From Betaproteobacteria bacterium (lineage in GTDB: Bacteria; Pseudomonadota; Gammaproteobacteria; Burkholderiales; SG8-41): a stretch of DNA of 64,000 nucleotides. The notes beneath the pieces are model-generated. The model was not told where the DNA came from. It saw only the letters and a list, made by a program, of their open reading frames with translations, and did not search any database. Every line of letters begins with the position of its first letter. The first letter of the stretch is position 1. The stretch spans positions 10,093-74,092 of the forward strand of contig JANYDY010000039.1 in the NCBI GenBank assembly GCA_025363435.1, written 5' to 3'. This document shows positions 23,076 to 33,516 of the stretch, piece by piece. Both the position numbers and the translations under genes were made by a program.

Positions 23076-24170
23076 ATGCCACGCTATCTTCCAGAACCGC
23101 CCTTCAGCCACGGCAACGCCACGCAAACCGGCATCCTGCTGATCAACCTTGGCACGCCCGAAGCCGCAACGCCCGAAGCCGTTCGTACCTACCTGCGCGA
23201 ATTTCTGTCCGATCCGCGTGTAGTCGAAATTCCGCGCCTGGTGTGGTGGTTGATCATGCGCCTGTTCATTCTGCCGTTGCGCCCGAAAGAATCGGCAAAA
23301 CGCTATGCGCAGGTGTGGACTGCCGAGGGTTCGCCGCTGAAATTTCATACCGAGCGGCAGGCGCGCATGCTGCGCGGCTATCTTGGCGAACGGGTCAAAG
23401 CGCCGCTGCAGGTCGAGTACGCAATGCGCTACGGCAAGCCTTCGATTGCCGCGACGCTGGCGCACATGAAAGCTGCGGGCTGCACACGCATACTTGTCTT
23501 GCCGCTCTATCCGCAATACGCCGCCAGCACCACGGCGACCGCCATCGATGCGGTCGGCGCAACGCTGGCGCGCCAGCGCAACCAGCCGGCGCTGCGGACA
23601 GTGCGCAACTTTCACGACGATCCAGGCTACATTGCCGCACTCACACAAAGCGTTCGCGACTATTGGACCGCCAACGGCCGCCCCGACATTCTGTTGATGA
23701 GTTTTCACGGTGTGCCGCGCTATACGCTCGAGCGCGGCGATCCATATCATTGCGAATGCCAGAAGACGGCGCGCCTGCTGGCTGAAGCACTTCAATTGCC
23801 GCCGGAAAAATACCGGCTGACCTTTCAATCGCGCTTCGGCCGCGCCGAGTGGCTAAAGCCCTACACCGCCGAAGTGCTAAAGGAACTGGGGGCGCAGAAA
23901 ACCGGCCGTATCGACGTCATCTGCCCAGGCTTTGTCAGCGACTGTCTTGAAACGCTGGAAGAGATCGCCATTGAAGGTAAAGGCATCTTTTTGAACGCCG
24001 GTGGCGGCGAATATCGCGCCATCCCCTGTCTCAACGAAAATGACGCCTGGATACACGCGTTGGCCGATATCGCACTGAACAATCTGCATGGCTGGCTTGA
24101 TGCAGCGCCCGGCGCAGATGATCTGGCACGCAGCCGCGAACGCGCCCGGGCGCTCGGCGCTAAAGCCTGA
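23076..24170 (+). CDS. hemH: Ferrochelatase
   Basis: Trimmed to the ATG at 23076. Motifs seen: [22 protein letters not shown] and SFHGVP. Confidence 0.94.
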   Translation: MPRYLPEPPFSHGNATQTGILLINLGTPEAATPEAVRTYLREFLSDPRVVEIPRLVWWLIMRLFILPLRPKESAKRYAQVWTAEGSPLKFHTERQARMLRGYLGERVKAPLQVEYAMRYGKPSIAATLAHMKAAGCTRILVLPLYPQYAASTTATAIDAVGATLARQRNQPALRTVRNFHDDPGYIAALTQSVRDYWTANGRPDILLMSFHGVPRYTLERGDPYHCECQKTARLLAEALQLPPEKYRLTFQSRFGRAEWLKPYTAEVLKELGAQKTGRIDVICPGFVSDCLETLEEIAIEGKGIFLNAGGGEYRAIPCLNENDAWIHALADIALNNLHGWLDAAPGADDLARSRERARALGAKA

Positions 24171-24214
24171 CCGCCTTTGGCGGCTTTTCTTTGTGTCTCA
24201 AGGGCTTGCCGGCT

Positions 24215-24242
24215 CTTGAAATCGCCGCGCCCGCCCCCATAA
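24215..24242 (+). promoter_or_regulatory. Sigma32 (heat-shock) type promoter upstream of grpE
   Basis: CTTGAAA (24215-24221), a 13-nt spacer, then CCCCATAA (24235-24242). This closely matches the E. coli sigma32 consensus CTTGAAA-N13/14-CCCCATNT. It lies about 43 nt upstream of the grpE ATG. Confidence 0.6.
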
Positions 24243-24284
24243 GCTCTGGATTGACCAATTTTGCGCAAGTTCCAGAGGTATTGA

Positions 24285-24842
24285 ATGCAGGAAACGCCAC
24301 AAACAGCCGGCGAGGCCGCAAATACAGCGGCCACCGGAGAAGAAGCAGCCACCAACGGCACGGTCGGCCCGGACGTCATGCCCAGCATGGAAGAACTACT
24401 GAAAAAGGCCGAACTCGCCGCGCAAGAGCACCACGATGCGTGGTTGCGCGCCAAGGCCGATGGCGAAAACATACGCAAACGCGCGCAGAGCGACATCGCC
24501 AGCGCGCACAAATACGCGATCGACAATTTCGCCGGTGAATTGCTGCCGGTCAGAGACAGTCTTGAAGCGGCGCTGGCCACCAACAACGCCACGCTCGAAA
24601 ACATGCGCAGCGGCGTCGAACTCACGCTCAAGCAATTGAGTTCGGTGTTCGAAAAATTCAAGGTCGTAGAAATCAATCCGGCCGGCCAGAAATTCGACCC
24701 GCACAAGCATCAGGCGATCAACGCAGTTGAGTCTGACGCCGAACCGAATACGGTGCTGCAGGTTTTCCAGAAGGGCTACATGCTCAACGAACGCATCATG
24801 CGGCCCGCGATGGTTTCCGTGGCAAAGGCAAAAAGCGGTTGA
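24285..24842 (+). CDS. grpE: Nucleotide exchange factor GrpE
   Basis: 185 aa with [17 protein letters not shown] and FDPHKHQAI...[14 protein letters not shown]. Confidence 0.95.
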   Translation: MQETPQTAGEAANTAATGEEAATNGTVGPDVMPSMEELLKKAELAAQEHHDAWLRAKADGENIRKRAQSDIASAHKYAIDNFAGELLPVRDSLEAALATNNATLENMRSGVELTLKQLSSVFEKFKVVEINPAGQKFDPHKHQAINAVESDAEPNTVLQVFQKGYMLNERIMRPAMVSVAKAKSG

Positions 24843-24865
24843 AAGCTAGGTAGTTAGCCCCATAT
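24838..24865 (+). promoter_or_regulatory. Sigma32 type promoter upstream of dnaK (overlaps the grpE stop codon)
   Basis: GTTGAAA (24838-24844), a 13-nt spacer, then CCCCATAT (24858-24865). It lies about 79 nt upstream of the dnaK ATG. Confidence 0.6.
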
Positions 24866-24943
24866 AGGCAGCATGGGTTAACGGGCCGCCGGCTCTACGG
24901 AGCGGAGCGGCGGGCAAACAGAATCAGCGAAAAGAGGTCAGCA

Positions 24944-26875
<1,932 letters not shown>

Positions 26876-26878
26876 GCG

Positions 26879-26906
26879 ACAGGATTGAGGATCAAGGATT
26901 GAGGGG
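26879..26906 (+). repeat. Tandem forward copies of a short dispersed repeat (ACAGGATTGAGGATC-AAGGATTGAGGGG)
   Basis: It starts 4 nt after the dnaK stop. The first 15 nt are identical to 4770-4784 on the reverse strand, and 13 of them recur at 41783-41795 on the reverse strand. Confidence 0.7.
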
Positions 26907-26934
26907 TGGTGCAAACCGCCCCTCAATCCTTTTT
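26895..26934 (+). terminator. Rho-independent terminator or attenuator after dnaK
   Basis: 15-bp stem AGGATTGAGGGGTGG / CCGCCCCTCAATCCT (one G:U pair), a 6-nt loop, then TTTT. Confidence 0.75.
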
Positions 26935-26943
26935 GCTGTTTCA

Positions 26944-26975
26944 CTCAATCCTCGATCCTGATAACCCAATCCTGA
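26944..26975 (-). repeat. Inverted copies of the same repeat core (CAATCCT) in the dnaK-dnaJ spacer
   Basis: CTCAATCCTCGATCCTG (26944-26960) and CCAATCCTGA (26966-26975). Positions 26948-26960 can pair with 26880-26892 (13 bp including one G:U), enclosing the terminator hairpin. Confidence 0.6.
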
Positions 26976-26984
26976 ATTTTGATC

Positions 26985-28097
26985 ATGGCCAAACGCGATT
27001 ATTACGAAGTCCTCGGCGTCAACCGCGACGTTTCGGAAGACGACATCAAGAAGTCCTATCGCAGACTGGCGATGAAGCACCATCCGGATCGCAATCCGGA
27101 CAATCCGAAGGCCGAGGAACAGTTCAAGGAGGTCAAGGAAGCCTACGAAATACTGTCGGACGCCAACAAGCGCACAGCCTACGATCAATACGGCCATGCC
27201 GGCGTCGATCCGTCGGCCGCCGCGGGCGCCGGCGGCATGGGTGGATTTGCCGATGCCTTCGGCGATATCTTCGGCGATATCTTCGGTGGCGGGCGCGGTC
27301 GATCCAATGTCTACCGCGGCGCCGACCTGCGCTACAACCTCGAGATCGGGCTCGAAGAAGCTGCGCGCGGCACCGAAACAAAAATCCGCATTCCGACCAT
27401 GGAAGAATGCGAAACCTGCAGCGGCAGCGGCGCCAAGCCCGGCACCAAGCCGGTCAAATGCACCACCTGCGACGGCCACGGCCAGGTGCGCATGCAGCAG
27501 GGTTTTTTCTCCATTCAGCAAACCTGCCCGAAATGCCGCGGTGCCGGCAAGGTCGTTGAATCGCCCTGCCCGACCTGCCGCGGCGCCGGCCGCATCAAAC
27601 AGCACAAGACGCTGTCGGTAAAAATTCCGTCCGGAGTCGACGAAGGCGATCGCATCCGTTTATCCGGCGAAGGCGAAGCCGGCGTCAACGGTGGCCCGCC
27701 GGGCGACCTTTACGTTGTCATTCACCTCAAGCAGCATGCGGTGTTTCAGCGCGACCACAACGATCTGCATTGCGAAATGCCGATCAGCTTTACCACTGCA
27801 GCGCTCGGCGGCGAAATCGAAATCCCGACGCTGGACGGCTACGCCAAGATCAAGATTCCGCACGAAACGCAGTCGGGCAAGGTGTTCCGCCTGCGCGGCA
27901 AAGGCATCAAGGGCGTGCGTTCGTCGAGCCACGGCGACCTGATGTGCCATGTCATCGTCGAAACGCCGGTCAATCTGACCGCGCGCCAGCGCGAACTGCT
28001 CAACGAGCTCGAAGCCATTAATGAAAAAGACGCCGGACAGCATAATCCGCGCGCCAAGTCGTGGATGGACAAGGTCAAAGAGTTCTTCGCGGAATAG
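26985..28097 (+). CDS. dnaJ: Molecular chaperone DnaJ
   Basis: Trimmed to the ATG at 26985 ([11 protein letters not shown]). It has a J-domain HPDRN, a G/F region and four CxxCxGxG zinc-finger repeats. Confidence 0.98.
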   Translation: MAKRDYYEVLGVNRDVSEDDIKKSYRRLAMKHHPDRNPDNPKAEEQFKEVKEAYEILSDANKRTAYDQYGHAGVDPSAAAGAGGMGGFADAFGDIFGDIFGGGRGRSNVYRGADLRYNLEIGLEEAARGTETKIRIPTMEECETCSGSGAKPGTKPVKCTTCDGHGQVRMQQGFFSIQQTCPKCRGAGKVVESPCPTCRGAGRIKQHKTLSVKIPSGVDEGDRIRLSGEGEAGVNGGPPGDLYVVIHLKQHAVFQRDHNDLHCEMPISFTTAALGGEIEIPTLDGYAKIKIPHETQSGKVFRLRGKGIKGVRSSSHGDLMCHVIVETPVNLTARQRELLNELEAINEKDAGQHNPRAKSWMDKVKEFFAE

Positions 28098-28119
28098 CGA
28101 AGAACTCCACCAGTGATTT

Positions 28120-28722
28120 TCAGGTTGCTCGCTGGGTGGCGCGTTTGACCATCGCCGGCCACACGGCTGCAGCGTCAGGCGCGAATATCGTATCGGCATC
28201 GGCCGGCAACAGATACCAGCCGCCGGCGGTAATCTCCGCTTGCAACTGGCGCGGCGCCCAGCCGGCATAACCAATGTAAGCGCGATAGTCTTCGGCCTTG
28301 AGTTCGCCGCGTGCGACTTTTGCCGGCAGTTGCGCATCGCCGGTCATATAAACGTCGTCGAGCACCCGCAGACTGCGCGCCGCCGGCTCGCGGCTGCGCA
28401 CCAGAAACAGCACGCGGTTGCGCGCCACCGGCCCGCCGCCGTATAGCTGATTGGATGATTCAGGGATCACGCTGAGTTTCGGCAGCAGATCGTTCAGGCG
28501 TGCCGCCAAAGGCCTGTTGATAATGACGCCCAGCGGGCCGCTGCCAGCCTCCGGCTGCGTAATGAGTATTACCGTCTCGCGAAAATTGGCGTCGGGCATA
28601 TCCGGTTTGGCGACCAGAAAAACGCCGTTAGCCAGCGTGCTCGCGGATTCAGCAGCGTTGGCAAGCGGAGCAAATGGCGCGACCAGCGCGACGGCGAGCA
28701 AACGCCTGCGCGTGCCATTCAT
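28120..28722 (-). CDS. YqgE/AlgH-family (UPF0301) protein with a predicted N-terminal export signal
   Basis: 200 aa. The core GVFLVAKPDMPDANFRETVILITQ...GVIINRPL is the AlgH-family pattern. The N-terminus MNGTRRRLLAVALVAPFAPLANA/AES looks like a Tat/Sec signal with an AxA cleavage site. Confidence 0.7.
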   Translation of the reverse strand: MNGTRRRLLAVALVAPFAPLANAAESASTLANGVFLVAKPDMPDANFRETVILITQPEAGSGPLGVIINRPLAARLNDLLPKLSVIPESSNQLYGGGPVARNRVLFLVRSREPAARSLRVLDDVYMTGDAQLPAKVARGELKAEDYRAYIGYAGWAPRQLQAEITAGGWYLLPADADTIFAPDAAAVWPAMVKRATQRAT

Positions 28723-28731
28723 GAAGGGCGC

Positions 28732-29745
28732 TCAGCTGCTACAGGCGAACGGGTCGGAAGTCGCCGCCGCGGCGACCGGCGCAACAACACCGATGCTGTC
28801 GAGTTTTACACCGCGCCGGACTGCAGTCATCTCGGCAATGATCGCGATGGCAATCTCCGCGGGCGTCTTGCTGCCGATCTTCAGTCCAACCGGACCGTGC
28901 AGGCGCGCAATCTCGTCTGCCGACAGGTCAAACTCGGCCAGACGCTGGCGCCGCTTCTCATTGTTCTTGCGCGAACCCAGTGCGCCGACGTAGAACGAAG
29001 GCGACTTCAGCGCTTCGGTGAGCGCGGCATCATCGAGTTTCGGATCGTGTGTCACCGCGACCACCGCCAGATGCGGATCGGAATTCAGCTCGAGCACCGC
29101 GTCATCCGGATAGCTGCGGATCAGATTGACCCCGGGAACATTCCATTCGTCGGCGTATTCCTCGCGCGGATCGCACACCGTGACCTGATAATCGAGCGCT
29201 TGTGCAAATTGCGCCAGAAAACGCGAGGTCTGGCCGGCGCCGATGATCAACAAACGCCAGCGCGGGCCGTGTATGCTTTTCAATACGGCGCCGTCGAACT
29301 CCAGCACATCGGACCAGCGCCCCGATTCGAGTTTGACTGCGCCAGTCTTCATTTCCAGCGTGCGCGCCACCAGTTCATGGCGGCCGATGATTTCGAGCAG
29401 CTCCTTCAGCTGCGATTCCTGCCGCACCGGCTCGAGCACCAGTTGCAGCGTGCCGCCGCAAGGCAGGCCGAAACGCGCCGCCTGCTCGGCGGTAACGCCG
29501 TAAGTCACGACTTCCGGCGCGCCGCCGGTCATCTGGTGCGCTTTGACGCGTTCGATCAGATCGTCTTCCACGCAACCACCGGAAACCGATCCGACAACAT
29601 GACCGTCATTGCGTATGACCAGCATGGCGCCAACCGGACGCGGCGCCGAACCCCAGGTGCGCACCACGGTTGCAAGAGTGGCTTTATGCCCGCCTTCCAG
29701 CCAGGCAACGGCGCTTTTCAGAACTTCGGTATCTACACTATCCAT
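28732..29745 (-). CDS. XdhC/CoxI-family accessory protein
   Basis: Trimmed from a TTG start at 29820 to the ATG at 29745. Motifs seen: ATVVRTWGSAPRPVGAMLV...GSVSGGCVEDDL (XdhC N-domain) and LLIIGAGQTSRFLAQFAQALDYQVTVCDPRE (Rossmann-like C-domain). There is a 9-nt gap to the downstream AlgH-like gene. Confidence 0.8.
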   Translation of the reverse strand: MDSVDTEVLKSAVAWLEGGHKATLATVVRTWGSAPRPVGAMLVIRNDGHVVGSVSGGCVEDDLIERVKAHQMTGGAPEVVTYGVTAEQAARFGLPCGGTLQLVLEPVRQESQLKELLEIIGRHELVARTLEMKTGAVKLESGRWSDVLEFDGAVLKSIHGPRWRLLIIGAGQTSRFLAQFAQALDYQVTVCDPREEYADEWNVPGVNLIRSYPDDAVLELNSDPHLAVVAVTHDPKLDDAALTEALKSPSFYVGALGSRKNNEKRRQRLAEFDLSADEIARLHGPVGLKIGSKTPAEIAIAIIAEMTAVRRGVKLDSIGVVAPVAAAATSDPFACSS

Positions 29746-29943
29746 ATTTGCAGTCGTTAAATGTGGATGCGCTCTAGGCGCAATTGGTCTAGGGTAGTTC
29801 ACGCCGTATATAACGGTCAAGAGCAGGCGTTATAAACGCGAAGTTGCGGCTGTAACATCCATGAACTAGCATCAAGGACAGTTAACGCAAATAGAATTGC
29901 GGCCCGCTGCCGCAGCCGAACAGTTTCCATAGCCGATGAATCG

Positions 29944-31284
29944 ATGACAACGCGTAATTTTCTAAAAGACCTGATCAGCAAGGTTGCCGCGCCGGTAGAC
30001 CCGAACCGCGGCGCCAGGCGCCGCGCCGGCGAAGTCGCCGCACTGTGCCATGCACTGATGTCGGAACGCGGTGAGGTATCGGGCGCGGCGCTGGCGCGTG
30101 ACGTACTCGCCGCCTATAGCGCTCTCCCCGCCAACGCGCATACGCCGTTCCTGCATCTGCTGGCCGCTGAATTTTCGCCGGATGCGGCGGCTATTGACCG
30201 GGCTGCCGCCGCCTTTGCCGGCGGTCGCTCGCCACAGCTTCTGATCAAGCTGCAGCAGGCAGTGGAATCGCCGCGCCAGGAATTGTTTCGCCGGCTGAAT
30301 GTCGCACCGGGCGCTACTGCGGTACTGGTCGATCTGCGGCGGCGCGTGTTGCGCGAACTCAGGAACAGTCCGCAACTGGCCTCTGTCGATGCCGATCTTG
30401 CCCATCTGCTTGCTTCGTGGTTCAACCGCGGCTTTCTCAAACTCGAACGCATCGACTGGCGCACACCGGCAATCGTGCTCGAAAAGCTGATCACCTATGA
30501 AGCTGTGCATGAAATCGCCGGCTGGAAAGATCTGCGCAGACGGCTCGCCGCCGACCGTCGGTGCTTCGGCTTCTTTCATCCGGCGCTGCCCGACGAACCG
30601 CTGATATTCATCGAGGTCGCGCTCACCGACCGCATCAGCGATGCGGTGCCCCCCCTGCTCGATCAGGATGCGCCGGTAGCCGATCCGACGCGCGCCGACA
30701 GCGCGATTTTTTACTCCATCACAAATTGCCAGGAAGGTTTGCGCGGCGTTTCGTTTGGCAACATGCTGATCAAACAAGTGGTCGAGCAACTCAGCCGCGA
30801 ATTTCCGCGTCTGAAAAATTACGCAACGCTGTCACCGATCCCCGGTTTTCGCGCATGGCTGGACCTCGCGGCACGCGACAATGAAGCCGTTGCCACGCTG
30901 CTTCCGGCATTGAAGAATCGCGACTGGCAGCAGGATGCCGCGATGACGGCAACCATGCGCGATAAACTGATGCAATTGTGCGCGCACTATCTGCTGCGTG
31001 CGAAAAAAGACAGCGCACCACTCGATGCAGTCTCGCGATTTCATCTCGGCAACGGCGCGCGCCTCGAACGCCTGAACTGGCTCGCCGACACCTCGCCGGC
31101 CGGCATGCAGCGTTCGGCCGGCATGATGGTCAATTACGTTTACCGTCTTGATGAAGTCGAAGCAAATCACGAAGCGTTCGTACGCGAAGGTAGCATCGCA
31201 ACTTCACACGCCATCAAAAAACTGGCGCGCGACTGCGATTTAACCGGTCGTCACACGGTCGCCAGGAACACTGATGCCAATTAA
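29944..31284 (+). CDS. Malonyl-CoA decarboxylase family protein
   Basis: 446 aa. The overall pattern (LLASWFNRGFL, ...FFHPALPDEPLIFIEVAL, SITNCQEGLRGVSFGNMLIKQVV, ATLSPIPGFRAWL, RFHLGNGA) matches MCD/MatA-type enzymes as I remember them. Confidence 0.8.
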   Translation: MTTRNFLKDLISKVAAPVDPNRGARRRAGEVAALCHALMSERGEVSGAALARDVLAAYSALPANAHTPFLHLLAAEFSPDAAAIDRAAAAFAGGRSPQLLIKLQQAVESPRQELFRRLNVAPGATAVLVDLRRRVLRELRNSPQLASVDADLAHLLASWFNRGFLKLERIDWRTPAIVLEKLITYEAVHEIAGWKDLRRRLAADRRCFGFFHPALPDEPLIFIEVALTDRISDAVPPLLDQDAPVADPTRADSAIFYSITNCQEGLRGVSFGNMLIKQVVEQLSREFPRLKNYATLSPIPGFRAWLDLAARDNEAVATLLPALKNRDWQQDAAMTATMRDKLMQLCAHYLLRAKKDSAPLDAVSRFHLGNGARLERLNWLADTSPAGMQRSAGMMVNYVYRLDEVEANHEAFVREGSIATSHAIKKLARDCDLTGRHTVARNTDAN

Positions 31285-31323
31285 GCGCGCGAAAATGCGG
31301 CGGCAGTAGTAAACTAAGCCCCT

Positions 31324-31770
31324 ATGGAAATCATCGGCCAGCAATTAATTCCTCAGCCCCAGCAAAAAACATGGAATGCAATCTGCGATCCTGCCGTACT
31401 CCAACTCTGCATTCCGGGTTGCGAATCCATGGTCAAGACCTCCGATTCGGAGTTCGATCTCACCATGAGCGCAAAAGTCGGTCCGGTCAGCGCCAAATTC
31501 AAAAGCAAAATCACGCTGACTAATGTAGACGCGCCCAACTCCTACATGCTGATATTCGAAGGCCAGGGCGGTGTCGCCGGTTTTGCCAAAGGCCAGGCTG
31601 AAGTCAAGCTGGTGCCGGAAGGCGAATCGACGCGACTGGAATACGTTGCCAAGGCCACCATCGGCGGCAAACTCGCCCAGGTCGGATCGCGTCTGGTTGA
31701 CGGTGTAGCCAAAAAAATTGCCGAACAGTTCTTTACTGCATTCAACAAGCATCTGTCTTCTTTGAGCTGA
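31324..31770 (+). CDS. SRPBCC-fold CoxG-like protein
   Basis: 148 aa with VWNAICDP-like start, CIPGCES, KVGPVSAKFKSKITL, GQGGVAGFAKGQAEVKL and GGKLAQVGSRLVDGVAKKIAEQFF, the typical CoxG family layout. Confidence 0.8.
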   Translation: MEIIGQQLIPQPQQKTWNAICDPAVLQLCIPGCESMVKTSDSEFDLTMSAKVGPVSAKFKSKITLTNVDAPNSYMLIFEGQGGVAGFAKGQAEVKLVPEGESTRLEYVAKATIGGKLAQVGSRLVDGVAKKIAEQFFTAFNKHLSSLS

Positions 31771-31826
31771 ACCGCAGTATCGCGAACCGCGGCATTCGAG
31801 TGGCGCCGCACGGTAGAATGCCGCCC

Positions 31827-32795
31827 ATGCAAAATTTCAAACGTCTGAGCCCGCTGCTATTCGCAGCCGTGTCGATGTTCGCAACGTCCGTTATTGCGCA
31901 AACCTATCCATCGAAACCGATACGCATGATGGTGCCCGCCGCACCCGGCGGCGTCACCGACATCGTCGCACGCATCATCGCGCCGCAGCTTACCGAAATG
32001 CTCGGCCAGCCTATCGTTGTCGATAACCGCGCCGGCGCCGGCGGCATTCTCGGCACCGATACGGTCGCCAAAGCGGCTGCCGACGGTTACACCCTGCTCG
32101 CGGTATTCGACAGTTTCATCTCAAATCCTTACGTGTTCGGCAAGGCGCCCTATGACACAGTCAAGGATTTCGCGCCGATATCATTGCTGATCCGCGGTCC
32201 ACAGCTTTTCGTTACGCATCCCAAACTTGGCTTGAAGTCGTTTAACGAATTGCTGGCCTTCGCCAAAGCGCGCCGCGCGCCGTTGAATTTCGCCACCGCC
32301 GGTGCGGCGACATCGAGCCGCCTGACGGTGGAATTGTTTAAAACAACTACGCAACTCGACGCCACACTGATCCATTACAAAGGCGGCGGCCCCGCGCTCA
32401 CCGATCTGCTCGGCGGCCATGTCGATGCCATGATCGCCTCCGCCGGGCTCGTCATGTCCCAAGTAAGAAGCGGCCGCCTCACGGTACTCGCCGTCACCTC
32501 GCGCGAACGCAGCCTGCTGGTGCCGGGCGTGCCGGCAATCAGCGAGTTCGTGCCGAATTTCGAGGCGCAATCGTGGGTCGGCGTGCTGGCGCCGGCGGCA
32601 ACGCCACGCCCCATCATTCAGCAGCTGAACAGCGCCTTACTCAAAGCGGTCGCGCAACCGGATGCGCGCGAGCGTTTTGCGCAACAGGGTTATGAAATCA
32701 TCGGCAGTACGCCGGAGCAGTTCGGCGCATGGATACGCAGCGAATCCGCCAAGTGGAGTAAGATCATTCGCGAGCGCGGCATCACCGCGGAATAG
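31827..32795 (+). CDS. Bug-family (TctC-like) periplasmic substrate-binding protein
   Basis: Trimmed to the ATG at 31827. It has a signal peptide MQNFKRLSPLLFAAVSMFATSVIAQ followed by YPSKPIRMMVPAAPGGVTDIVARI, the hallmark Bug N-terminus. Confidence 0.85.
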   Translation: MQNFKRLSPLLFAAVSMFATSVIAQTYPSKPIRMMVPAAPGGVTDIVARIIAPQLTEMLGQPIVVDNRAGAGGILGTDTVAKAAADGYTLLAVFDSFISNPYVFGKAPYDTVKDFAPISLLIRGPQLFVTHPKLGLKSFNELLAFAKARRAPLNFATAGAATSSRLTVELFKTTTQLDATLIHYKGGGPALTDLLGGHVDAMIASAGLVMSQVRSGRLTVLAVTSRERSLLVPGVPAISEFVPNFEAQSWVGVLAPAATPRPIIQQLNSALLKAVAQPDARERFAQQGYEIIGSTPEQFGAWIRSESAKWSKIIRERGITAE

Positions 32796-32850
32796 CCGCT
32801 GCGAAGTCGCGTCCCGCACCTTCAAATGCTTTGAACGAGGAACACCGGCA

Positions 32851-33474
32851 ATGTTGAAAATCTGGGGACGCGCCAATTCCATCAATGTGCAGAAAGTGCT
32901 GTGGTGCTGCGCTGAACTCAAGCTCCCGTTCGAGCGCATCGATGCCGGCATGAAATTCGGCGTCAACAATACGCCGGAATACAAGGCGATGAATCCGAAC
33001 GGGCTGATCCCCACCATCGACGATGACGGTTTCATCCTTTGGGAATCACAACCCATCGTGCGTTACCTTGCGCGTAAACACGGCCTCGGCACGCTGTGCC
33101 CCGCCGATCCAAAAACATGCGCGGATGCCGACCGCTGGATGGACTGGTATGCCACAACGCCGTGGCCGCACCTGCAACCGATTTTCTGGAACCTCATCCG
33201 CACCGCACTGGAACAACGCAATATGGCATTGGTTGCCGAACTCACAAAAAAAGTTGCTGCGGCGATGGACACGCTGGACGCACACCTCGCCAAGCGCAGT
33301 TATGTCACCGGCGAAACCTTCACCATGGGTGATATTCCAATCGGTTGCGCCGTCATGCGCTGGCTCAATCTGCCGGTCGAACGCGGGTCGCAACCCAACG
33401 TCGAGGCTTATTACAAACGCCTGCAGCAGCGCCCGGCCTATCAACAATGGGCCAACGTGCTGCCGCTGACCTGA
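32851..33474 (+). CDS. Glutathione S-transferase family protein
   Basis: Trimmed to the ATG at 32851 (MLKIWGRANSINVQKVLW...). The thioredoxin-like N-domain contains LIPTIDDDGFILWESQPIVRYL. Confidence 0.85.
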   Translation: MLKIWGRANSINVQKVLWCCAELKLPFERIDAGMKFGVNNTPEYKAMNPNGLIPTIDDDGFILWESQPIVRYLARKHGLGTLCPADPKTCADADRWMDWYATTPWPHLQPIFWNLIRTALEQRNMALVAELTKKVAAAMDTLDAHLAKRSYVTGETFTMGDIPIGCAVMRWLNLPVERGSQPNVEAYYKRLQQRPAYQQWANVLPLT

Positions 33475-33516
33475 ATCCCGCCTGTTGTTTTACAAAATCC
33501 CGGCCTGTCCAATCCC

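Noticed and set aside
24171-24195. Short hairpin CCGCC-TTT-GGCGG followed by CTTTTCTTTG after the hemH stop, considered as a terminator.
   Set aside because: The stem is only 5 bp, which is too weak to call. It may still contribute to insulation of the grpE sigma32 promoter.
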